A stretch of DNA of 63,571 nucleotides, filler included, from Octopus bimaculoides (taxonomy: Eukaryota): the NCBI RefSeq assembly GCF_001194135.2. It is 5 parts of 5 records of this genome, joined end to end, with 100 filler letters (N's around TTAATTAATTAA, not from the genome) between each part and the next. Parts side by side here need not be neighbours in the genome. Positions count along the whole stretch, not along the records: positions 1 to 27,254 come from NC_068986.1; 4 more parts are not named here. One strand, written 5' to 3'. The notes under the pieces are model-generated. The model was not told the DNA's origin and did no database searches. It worked only from the letters and a program-made list of their open reading frames with translations. This document shows positions 13,341 to 23,829 of this stretch, piece after piece. Positions within the stretch are counted from its first letter, which is position 1. Every line of letters starts with the position of its first letter. Position numbers and translations under genes: made by a program.

Positions 13341-13689
13341 TCATTGTTATTTAATATCTTGCGAAAACATCCAAGAAGGCTGACAGGAGTAGTGGCAGAT
13401 GTTTTCATCAAATAACAATTTTATTTTCTGCTCTCCAAAATCCAGACGAACCTACATTTCGAAAGTGGAAAACTTGACTCATTGACCCGAAATTTTGGAG
13501 TTGTACTTTCCTAACAAGAAATTAGATTTAAGGCAGTGAATTATCATCAAGAAAACTATAGATGTTAGAAGTGTATTAATCACAAAAAAAAAGTATTTTA
13601 CGTGATTTTGGTTGGCTAATATGTATCTTCCACACTGTAATCATACATTCTTTTATCCTTTTAATTTTCTCAGTCATTTCACTGCGGCC

Positions 13690-14057
13690 ATGTTAATTCT
13701 CTAAATGAGGTATTAACAGTAACTGCACGATAAAGTGAAGTATATTGCCACTTAAATGTGGCTGACCCCTAGGGGTGGATGTTACTGTTGCTTTTAGCCC
13801 CAGGAGGACATCTCCTCCAGCTGGCTTATCGACACACTTCTGTGTCCTGTTTGTTTTGCCAAGGGAATTTATCCCTCTCATCATGATCTGTAGCACGAAC
13901 GGACCCGCGTTTCAGGGTTATTTCCCTTCGTCAGCGTCCGATAGCCACCGATCTGCGATGAGAGAGATAATTCTTGGCAACCTTATGTATCTTTTTCCAG
14001 TGAAATTATTCACTGATATCGAAAAAGTGAAAACAAGCAATGTTAATTCTCTAAATG
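13690..14057 (-). repeat. 350-bp hammerhead-containing unit plus the start of a second direct copy (retrozyme-like or Penelope pLTR-like)
   Basis: ATGTTAATTCTCTAAATG occurs at 13690-13707 and again at 14040-14057, where the sequence runs into a 740-N gap. Many internal hairpins. Confidence 0.7.
13896..13940 (-). ncRNA. Canonical type I hammerhead ribozyme; predicted GUC cleavage between 13902 and 13901
   Basis: Minus strand reads CGGACG-CTGACGA-AGGG(aaataa)CCCT-GAAA-C(gcgg)G-TC-CGTTCG. Core is complete; stem I has 6 bp (one G.U), stem II 4 bp, stem III 2 bp. Confidence 0.9.
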
Positions 14058-14805
14058 NNNNNNNNNNNNNNNNNNNNNNNNNNNNNNNNNNNNNNNNNNN
14101 NNNNNNNNNNNNNNNNNNNNNNNNNNNNNNNNNNNNNNNNNNNNNNNNNNNNNNNNNNNNNNNNNNNNNNNNNNNNNNNNNNNNNNNNNNNNNNNNNNNN
14201 NNNNNNNNNNNNNNNNNNNNNNNNNNNNNNNNNNNNNNNNNNNNNNNNNNNNNNNNNNNNNNNNNNNNNNNNNNNNNNNNNNNNNNNNNNNNNNNNNNNN
14301 NNNNNNNNNNNNNNNNNNNNNNNNNNNNNNNNNNNNNNNNNNNNNNNNNNNNNNNNNNNNNNNNNNNNNNNNNNNNNNNNNNNNNNNNNNNNNNNNNNNN
14401 NNNNNNNNNNNNNNNNNNNNNNNNNNNNNNNNNNNNNNNNNNNNNNNNNNNNNNNNNNNNNNNNNNNNNNNNNNNNNNNNNNNNNNNNNNNNNNNNNNNN
14501 NNNNNNNNNNNNNNNNNNNNNNNNNNNNNNNNNNNNNNNNNNNNNNNNNNNNNNNNNNNNNNNNNNNNNNNNNNNNNNNNNNNNNNNNNNNNNNNNNNNN
14601 NNNNNNNNNNNNNNNNNNNNNNNNNNNNNNNNNNNNNNNNNNNNNNNNNNNNNNNNNNNNNNNNNNNNNNNNNNNNNNNNNNNNNNNNNNNNNNNNNNNN
14701 NNNNNNNNNNNNNNNNNNNNNNNNNNNNNNNNNNNNNNNNNNNNNNNNNNNNNNNNNNNNNNNNNNNNNNNNNNNNNNNNNNNNNNNNNNNNNNNNNGCC
14801 CATCG

Positions 14806-14825
<20 letters not shown>

Positions 14826-14837
<12 letters not shown>

Positions 14838-14960
14838 TATATACGACGGGGTTCTTTCAGTTCTCGCCTGCCAAATCCACTCACAAGGCTTTAATCGGGC
14901 CGCGGCTAGAGTACAATACACTTTCGCAAGGTGCCACTATGTGTTTGGGAAGCATGCTTC
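14826..14960 (-). mobile_element. SINE fragment (family C)
   Basis: Matches 22110-22270 and 33085-33235 (GCACCTTG...GGCCGAT.AAAGCCTT.TGAGTGGATTTG). Confidence 0.7.
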
Positions 14961-15841
14961 GTCTCCAACAGCTTCGCCTGCGCCTTTAAATCTAAATCTT
15001 ATTGAAATCCACAAAGGTATGGATTTCAGTTATCATATTTGTGAAAACTTGGAGAAAGAGAACATGTTACGAAACGTCAATCAGAAACGTTTAAAAAGGC
15101 CCAAAATAGTTTCCTATGTCAACGGTTGTCTGTCAATTGGGGTCAATAATAGCTTTGGAGATATATGTAAGATTATTTGTTGATACAATTGATGTACAAT
15201 AAATTCGTTTTATTTCTACAATGCATAAAATTTTGTAACTATATTTTTATATAACTTCTAGTAATAATTAATTATAAAAAAAAATATAATAGGACATTTA
15301 AACATGAAATGGCTATGACGAAGCATCTAAATAAAATAGGGTTACAGAAATCTATAGATATTTTTGAAAAATGGCTGAGAAATATTGGCCGATGGGATAT
15401 TGATGAGCTTTCAACAACACATCGAAGACTCCCCGCTCTCTTTCGAAAATATGTCCGAACTCTCTCAGAAAATATGTCCGAAAGCTGTTTAGGAACAGGT
15501 AGAGAGTATGTTGCGCCCAGGCTATTAATTAGAAAATTATAAATGTGAAACCTCGACATATATCTTAATGCGTTTGAATATATTATAATTTATATATATA
15601 TATATATATATATAAGCAAACACACACGCACAGATACACATAAGCGAATGTGGAAGGATGAAAAGGAGTTCTCAACACCGCATTGATGGATATATATATA
15701 TATCAATTACGTACAGCATGTGGAATGATTGACAAGAAAATATACATTGATAATACATAAATGATAATTGTTAGGATAGCTAGATATATTTAGGTAGATA
15801 GATACTTACTGAACCGGTAAGTTACTCAAAAATGAAAAGAC

Positions 15842-16768
15842 TTATGTCGTTGAATTCTGCAGCGAATACACCACATTTCTGTTCACTGCAGTCACTTTAC
15901 AAAACATTTGTTTCAAATTGTCGCGAAATGATTTGCTTCCGACAACATACATCATAAAGTTGAATACGTTATTGATACAAGCTAACATGTCCAAAAATAG
16001 GTATAAAACCGTATTCATGTTGTTTAGTAGTGACATCACCACATAATAAATAGATGTAGGGAAAGTTGTTAGAAGAAAAAGCGAGTTTATAGCGATGACA
16101 ACATAAACGGTACTCTTTTTCTTCTCTGAGGAATTTCTTTGAAAATTTTGACCGAGGTATGGTCGATGCAGTAATTTGTGTAACATAAGAATGGAACTTA
16201 TGAACAATATCATAGCTGGTATGAATGCATAAATGAAGTGTACAATACACAAAGCATACACTTTATTGTTCAAAAATTCTGTCAACATTGTATACATAAC
16301 AGTAACACATACAAGAAGACAAAGCAGCACAATATAAGGTTTATAACTTCCAGAAGAATTAAATCTGGAAAATGGGGAAAAAATTGCCAAAAGACGTTCA
16401 ACAGATATGATAACAGTTATCCAGGAGGAATACATATATATACAAAAAGTGAATCCCACATATAATTTACTGTTGAATATACCTGCATATGACCTGTTAT
16501 ATTGAAAATTAGTTGATAGCCATATTAATTTTGGTAAATATATCGAAATAGCAATGAAATCCACTAGAGCCAAGCAATGAAGATATGGAACAATTTTAGT
16601 TTGACGCATTTTCTTCCTGAAAAAAATTACAAAAACGGCTAAATTTCCGATAGATCCAAGTATCAATAAAATTATTGAACCATATCGTATAGTTATAAGA
16701 AAATGTATATTCGTATAGTTTTCTGTCTGGTTACTGTTGGTCGATGTGTTCACTTCTGTTTTGTTCAT
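15842..16768 (-). CDS. Intronless class A GPCR, 308 aa (copy 2, paralogue of 608-1522)
   Basis: Intact ORF with the same motifs (GSIGN, KKMRQTKIVPYLHCL, SVERLLAI, TTFP, NNVFNFMMY, SKSFR). Colinear with copy 1 apart from the N-terminus and a 1-aa indel. Confidence 0.92.
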   Translation of the reverse strand: MNKTEVNTSTNSNQTENYTNIHFLITIRYGSIILLILGSIGNLAVFVIFFRKKMRQTKIVPYLHCLALVDFIAISIYLPKLIWLSTNFQYNRSYAGIFNSKLYVGFTFCIYMYSSWITVIISVERLLAIFSPFSRFNSSGSYKPYIVLLCLLVCVTVMYTMLTEFLNNKVYALCIVHFIYAFIPAMILFISSILMLHKLLHRPYLGQNFQRNSSEKKKSTVYVVIAINSLFLLTTFPTSIYYVVMSLLNNMNTVLYLFLDMLACINNVFNFMMYVVGSKSFRDNLKQMFCKVTAVNRNVVYSLQNSTT

Positions 16769-17736
16769 ATTTCCTTCTAATTCATCAACATGTCAGGTAT
16801 CCTGATAATGATAGCAAGAACGTAACAAATTAATATTATAAAATATATTATATTATAAAACATCCAGTAAAATTCCTCGTATAACCGGGTGATATCTGCT
16901 TCGTGCATAAATTTCTAATTTGTTTTAAATATTTTCATGTGAATATATTTATAGTAAAACATATAGGCAAATATCTAATGTAGGTGTATGTAAAGATACA
17001 TGAATAGTGAAGACTGGGAAGTTTTTATTTCTTTAACTTCTACCCGCTGCTAAAGAATATTGTCCTTACAGTGAAATTAATGATCATGCTGATAATTGTG
17101 ATGATGACGTCAACGACGACATTGGTGGAAATGCAGACAATATTTATGATGATGGTGATTCTGGTGCCTCAAAATGATGATGATTGGCTTGATGAATTTG
17201 TTGGAGTGCTGGGAAATATGAACTAAGGTGATAATGACTTCTACTGCAACGATAGAATAGTACGAACGATTGTGCTCGTTGGTTGATGAGGATGCTGTAT
17301 CAGTTTTAATTATACTTAAAGTGATTTGGTGCGAAACTTATAAATGAATCAATATTACATTCGATTATTAAAAGGCTAGAAAACCTACGAACAATTGTTT
17401 GAGGACGTTTAAGTGACGGTTAGCGTTACAGTTTATATCTTACATTATATCTTACAAAAACAACGTAGCAGGTCTAATGTATCTCCATAGAAATAATTGT
17501 GAATGTGTTGGATGTTTGTATTACTATATTAGTATATTATGTTTCCCCCGTAGGATCCGAATCCTCGGGGGAAACTTCAAATCTAGTATTAAAAAATCGA
17601 TAAGATCCGCGTGATGATTGGTTAGACGACGGAATGATGTTTTAAGACGGATGCTTCTAAGTGATGTTATACTACGTGAGAAACGGATTGACGAAGCGAT
17701 ATATGCAGTAATATAAAAGAAAACTCATTACATACA

Positions 17737-17774
<38 letters not shown>

Positions 17775-19035
17775 NNNNNNNNNNNNNNNNNNNNNNNNNN
17801 NNNNNNNNNNNNNNNNNNNNNNNNNNNNNNNNNNNNNNNNNNNNNNNNNNNNNNNNNNNNNNNNNNNNNNNNNNNNNNNNNNNNNNNNNNNNNNNNNNNN
17901 NNNNNNNNNNNNNNNNNNNNNNNNNNNNNNNNNNNNNNNNNNNNNNNNNNNNNNNNNNNNNNNNNNNNNNNNNNNNNNNNNNNNNNNNNNNNNNNNNNNN
18001 NNNNNNNNNNNNNNNNNNNNNNNNNNNNNNNNNNNNNNNNNNNNNNNNNNNNNNNNNNNNNNNNNNNNNNNNNNNNNNNNNNNNNNNNNNNNNNNNNNNN
18101 NNNNNNNNNNNNNNNNNNNNNNNNNNNNNNNNNNNNNNNNNNNNNNNNNNNNNNNNNNNNNNNNNNNNNNNNNNNNNNNNNNNNNNNNNNNNNNNNNNNN
18201 NNNNNNNNNNNNNNNNNNNNNNNNNNNNNNNNNNNNNNNNNNNNNNNNNNNNNNNNNNNNNNNNNNNNNNNNNNNNNNNNNNNNNNNNNNNNNNNNNNNN
18301 NNNNNNNNNNNNNNNNNNNNNNNNNNNNNNNNNNNNNNNNNNNNNNNNNNNNNNNNNNNNNNNNNNNNNNNNNNNNNNNNNNNNNNNNNNNNNNNNNNNN
18401 NNNNNNNNNNNNNNNNNNNNNNNNNNNNNNNNNNNNNNNNNNNNNNNNNNNNNNNNNNNNNNNNNNNNNNNNNNNNNNNNNNNNNNNNNNNNNNNNNNNN
18501 NNNNNNNNNNNNNNNNNNNNNNNNNNNNNNNNNNNNNNNNNNNNNNNNNNNNNTATATATAATATATATAGAGAGGGAGAGAGTGAGAGAGAGACCGACA
18601 GATAGTTGGATAGATAGAGAGATAAATAGATACATAGATTGATAGGTAGATACTACATGAGTATCCCGTCTTTGACAGGTAATTTTTAATAATACAATGC
18701 CCTGGCGGACTTTCGGTATCACACGCCAACATAAGGTTTATCACTTATTGTACAAGGATTTAAATTTGTTTTTCCACCACATCCTTGCAAATGAAAGTTG
18801 GAGAAGGGTTTTATGAAAAAAAATATTTGAAAATTCACGAATCCACCTCACTCCCTTGGGGACAGATTTGATCACTTTCATTTTGGAGTACTCACATTAA
18901 AAGTGTCTCGAGACACTTTTCTCTTCAGCTCTACCTCCCCTACTCAGTACTGACTTAATATTAATACACTAAACAATGGGAGAAGCTTTGAATTTTAAAA
19001 AGCGATTGGAAATCGGTTCTATATTTAAGAGATGA

Positions 19036-19393
19036 GGAATTATGTACATCATTTACATTATTTACATCTGACGGATATTTGTCCTCATCTTGTTTGTTAT
19101 TCATTACTATGCCATATGCCCACGGGCATATAGCGTAGTAGTTAAGCGCACGGTCTACTAACCCCAAGATTCCGGGTTCGATTCCAGGCAGTGAAGTGAA
19201 TAATAATATTAATAATAATAATAATAATAATAACGTTCAAAAATACCTTAGGAATGAGAAACAAGGTCCGAAAGTTTCCCAAGGTACCTGATGAAGGCTG
19301 GAAGGTATATCGGCCGAAGACTTGTGTTAACAATAAACAAGATGAGGACAAATATCCGTGAAATGTAAATAATGTAAATAATGTACAATTCCC
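19036..19393 (+). mobile_element. tRNA-headed element with an (AAT)n spacer, a degenerate hammerhead and terminal inverted repeats
   Basis: A box TAGCGTAGTAGTT (19131-19143) and B box GGTTCGATTCC (19175-19185). Arms ~19043-19100 and ~19329-19387 are reverse complements. CTGATGA-A-GGCTG..CGGCC-GAAGAC at 19288-19321. Confidence 0.7.
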
Positions 19394-20896
19394 ACTTTCA
19401 ATTTTTTGAAGCAGAAAATAAAACTCAATTTAAAAACGATAGTGAAAATTTAAAAATTTGTTTATTAACTTCCCCATCACTATAAATTCTAAAATTTCGG
19501 CTGTTTCGCAATTATTTCTTTTCTTTCAGCGTAGTTTTCAAAAAATAGGCAGTCCGAATCTTGAATATGCTTCTCTTTATAATTTCAAAATTATTTTTTG
19601 ATAAAAGGAAATGTAATTTAGCTTTTGTTTCTAGTCCCTCCCAAGATCACCTGGTACATTTCTCGTATCATTGTCATCTGTATTAAATATTTTCTCTGCA
19701 TATATACGCTTTGTGATATAATGATAGAACAGTGCTTAGATTTTAGAGACAGCAAATGTAAACTTGTAATCTAAAATTTGAACCCCCCCCCCCGCATATA
19801 GCGAACTCGTGTGTGTGCATGTGTATGTGTGCCTAGGTGTGTATGTGTGTGTTTGTGCATGCATTTGTGTCTATGTCTGTATGAGTGTAAGAAAAACATT
19901 TACTAACAAAAAGGTCTGATATAATTATATTTTACATACCTCTTTTAAATCACTTTGTCACCCTAGTAATGTCATTTATTCTCTCACTCTCTCTCCCTCC
20001 CCTCTCTCTCTCTCCCCCTCTGTCTGTCTCTCTCTCTCTTTTACACACACATACACACACACTGAAAAACATACTGAAAAACACATCTACAATCAATGTG
20101 AGCTATATACATGTATGTGCTGTGTGAGAGTGAACGAGAGTGAGATAATATATACGGAGAGAGGAAACGTTTACCACGAGAAAAGCAAAATAATAAATAA
20201 GATAGAGAGATTTTTCCGGTAGTGTCATAGATTTGGAATTATACACACACGAGAAAAATTTTCAAATGTGGTATATCTGGAAAATTCAGGATAATATTAA
20301 CATTTTGATCATTTTTACTCAATCAGATAACAGGATTTGGAAGCTAAGCATTTTGTTATGTAACATGAAATGAAAGTCGTGGAACATGAAATGAAAGTCG
20401 TGGAACATGAAATGAAAGTAAACAGAATACGAAGTATTAAACAAAATGTATGTACCTCGTGAGAGATAATATATATAAACAGACAAAGAATGATAAATAA
20501 AGAGTGCAGTAAGTAATAAAGAGTTATGAATTCGTGGTGCCTGATAAAGAATAGCAGGTTTGTAGATCGAAAAAATAGACTTATACATATACACACACAC
20601 ACACACACACANNNNNNNNNNNNNNNNNNNNNNNNNNNNNNNNNNNNNNNNNNNNNNNNNNNNNNNNNNNNNNNNNNNNNNNNNNNNNNNNNNNNNNNNN
20701 NNNNNNNNNNNNNNNNNNNNNNNNNNNNNNNNNNNNNNNNNNNNNNNNNNNNNNNNNNNNNNNNNNNNNNNNNNNNNNNNNNNNNNNNNNNNNNNNNNNN
20801 NNNNNNNNNNNNNNNNNNNNNNNNNNNNNNNNNNNNNNNNNNNNNNNNNNNNNNNNNNNNNNNNNNNNNNNNNNNNNNNNNNNNNNNNNNNNNNNN

Positions 20897-20929
<33 letters not shown>

Positions 20930-21671
20930 TTAATAAATGTATAGTAAGTGCACAAAACAAACGGAATGGTGACACTCAATGCTGACTTAGAAAAACTATA
21001 GTAGATACCCAGCAGGCCCCCATCTCCTTACCAGTTATCAGCCAGAGGGTGGCATGCAATTTCACGTCTTAACGATGATTTGAATCCCTTCTGGTGGTGA
21101 CCAGAAAAAAGGCTGCCGAGAAAATAGGGCCAAAACCTAACAGAACGAGAACGGATAAGCAATAAATGTATAAGCAAACAATACAGAAGTGGACATACAA
21201 AATTGAATAACTGTATATCCGAACGAGACACTTAGTGGATAGATAAGTGGCAAACACGAAATAACTAAACAAAGAGAATATAACTTTAGGGCTAGACGAA
21301 GACGAAAGTATTAGTAACGCTAAGGAAGAAATCCTAAATGAGTGGAAACAGAAGGGCAACAAGTTGAAAGGAAACAATTTCAAGTGGGGACTGGAGAAAT
21401 TGCCACCGCTTGCATAAGCAGACGGCATGAAACGGAAGGAGAAACAGAGCAAGAGAGAGAGAGAGGGAGAGAGAGAGAGGGAGAGAGAGAGAGAGAGAGA
21501 GAGAAAGATATATATATATANNNNNNNNNNAGAGAGAGAGAGAAAGAGATAGAGAAAGAGATAGAAAGACAGGGGAAGAGACCGAGGGTGAAAAAATGAA
21601 AAAGAACAAAGGGATGGAATTAGATATCGCACGAATACATAAACATCTTACCATAAGTAGTGTATATGTAG

Positions 21672-21707
<36 letters not shown>

Positions 21708-22109
21708 CCAGAATGGAATAATATTATTCTTTCACGTAAAGTATCTAAATATTCGTCGATGTGTATGCCTGTCAAGTGATTCGGTCTGAAATAGTATCAC
21801 CTAATTGAAAGTAGGAAGGCTGGTAAACCAATATTAGCCAATTCGAACCAGATTCTGCATATTTTTCATTTGCTAATATATGATTTCTAAAACTTAATTT
21901 TATAGATAAAAATTTTCTTGAATTTCACAATGGCCTGAATATCACTTTCTCTGATCTCTTTGTTTAAACGGGCAGAACAACAACGTGCTATGAAACTTCA
22001 ATCAGACAGTGACCCTGACAAAAGCCAACGTAATTGGCTGTAGTATATTGATGGGGTCTAACGCTGTTTAGGTATATTGCATCCGGGTGACTAATTGGAA
22101 ACAATCGTA

Positions 22110-22270
22110 AAAATTGCTGTGTGGTAAGAAACTTGCTTCCCAACCACATCGTTCCGGATTCCGTCTCACTGCATGGCACCTTGGGCAACACCTTGCACTA
22201 CAACCAAGGGCCGATCAAAGCCTTCTGAGTGGAATTGTTAGACAGAAGCTGAAAGAAGCCGGTCGTGCGT
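22110..22270 (+). mobile_element. tRNA-derived SINE (family C)
   Basis: TGCTGTGTGGTAAG (A box-like), GTTCCGGATTCCGTCTC (B box-like), GGCACCTTGGGCAA; ends in a (TA)-rich tail. Copies occur elsewhere in the window. Confidence 0.75.
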
Positions 22271-23096
22271 GTATATGTATATATATATATGCGAGTAAAA
22301 ATAAATACAAAAAAAAGGGGTTTTGTATGATTGTGTATAGAGGGATATATTATTTTGTTTAAAAGAGTTCCAACACTGTCTGTTTTTTATGTTTTATTTA
22401 TATTCCTGCAAAACCTATGTGGGATATAGAATATGGAATATACAATATATAATATAATATACAGTATATAACATAAAATAAAAATGGATGGTACAATGAA
22501 ATAAAGTATTGAATGTCTTATTGAATATATGGAATATGTCTTATTGAATAGATGAAATATTGAGTGTTCAATATAAAGGATTAAATATATAAAGGCGAAT
22601 ACGTATTTTCTATNNNNNNNNNNNNNNNNNNNNNNNNNNNNNNNNNNNNNNNNNNNNNNNNNNNNNNNNNNNNNNNNNNNNNNNNNNNNNNNNNNNNNNN
22701 NNNNNNNNNNNNNNNNNNNNNNNNNNNNNNNNNNNNNNNNNNNNNNNNNNNNNNNNNNNNNNNNNNNNNNNNNNNNNNNNNNNNNNNNNNNNNNNNNNNN
22801 NNNNNNNNNNNNNNNNNNNNNNNNNNNNNNNNNNNNNNNNNNNNNNNNNNNNNNNNNNNNNNNNNNNNNNNNNNNNNNNNNNNNNNNNNNNNNNNNNNNN
22901 NNNNNNNNNNNNNNNNNNNNNNNNNNNNNNNNNNNNNNNNNNNNNNNNNNNNNNNNNNNNNNNNNNNNNNNNNNNNNNNNNNNNNNNNNNNNNNNNNNNN
23001 NNNNNNNNNNNNNNNNNNNNNNNNNNNNNNNNNNNNNNNNNNNNNNNNNNNNNNNNNNNNNNNNNNNNNNNNNNNNNNNNNNNNNNNNNNNNNNNN

Positions 23097-23415
23097 CAAG
23101 AGTGGGTTTGAATTTCTTAATAAAGTCCTTTTCTTTGCATTTTCTCTCAATTTCATTTCGCTTGTAAAGTTTATGGAATGGAAATATAATAAAAGTTTGA
23201 TGACCACATGTTGCCAGATGGTTACTCAGTGGTATTTGGCGGACTTCTGGGTTTTTAATCTGTTGTCGATGCACCCGTGAGCGTTCCGATAGTGCATTAC
23301 CTGTCTGGCCAACGTACAGTTCTTCACAATTAGGGCATTTGATGCAGTAGATTAGATTTCTACTTTTGCAGTTCATGTTCACATTGGTGAATATTTTCCC
23401 TGTTTTTGTGTTCAT
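23097..23415 (-). mobile_element. Penelope-like element GIY-YIG endonuclease domain (3' end of the ORF)
   Basis: NCKSRNLIYCIKCPNCEELYVGQTGNALSERSRVHRQQI...LSNHLATCGH...ERKCKEKDFIKKFKPTL: GIY-YIG pattern with the Penelope-type CCHH. Runs into a gap. Confidence 0.9.
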
Positions 23416-23469
23416 ATATGGGCCGGTATGGATTGATCGGCATGTACCGCATCATCAGTATGTATTTCT

Positions 23470-23812
23470 GTGTCTGTGTTTCTCCGCAATCATCGCTTGA
23501 CAACCGATCTAGGTGTGTTTACGTCCCTGTAACATAGCGGTTCGGCAAAAGAAAATGAGAGAATAGGTACTAAAATTACAAAGAATACGTTCTGGGGTCG
23601 ATTTGCTCGATTAAAGGCGGTGCTCCACATGGACGCAGTCAAATAAGTGAATCAATTAACAGAGTAAAAGAATATATTGTAATGCGTTTTAAAATACTAT
23701 TTATGCAGAAGGAGAATTTGTCCTCAGCGGAATTTGTACTCAGAACGTAAAGACGGACGAAAGAACGATAAGCATTTTGTCCGGCGCGCACGCGATTCCG
23801 CCAGGTCGCTGT
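23470..23812. mobile_element. Two adjacent SINE fragments
   Basis: 23470-23675 ends in AAGGCGGTGCTCCA..CATGG.CGCAGTCAAA, also seen at 43612-43660. 23715-23812 matches the head of family B on the - strand. Confidence 0.6.
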
Positions 23813-23829
23813 ATTATCTTTGGGATCAG

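Noticed and set aside
15309-15542. 77-aa ORF MAMTKHLNKIG...
   Set aside because: No motif, no splice context and no recognisable homology.
18899-18930. 20-bp palindrome AAAGTGTCTCGAGACACTTT beside a minus-strand CTGAAGA
   Set aside because: No GAAA follows the stem, so it is not a hammerhead. Single occurrence.
19124-19195. tRNA gene (also the heads at 4450-4523 and 36910-36980)
   Set aside because: A and B boxes are present, but no complete cloverleaf, and each continues into SINE body sequence.
21050-21430. Coding-like purine-rich stretch (TLGLDEDESISNAKEEILNEWKQKG)
   Set aside because: Stops upstream and no recognisable family. Probably a retroelement remnant, but unsupported.
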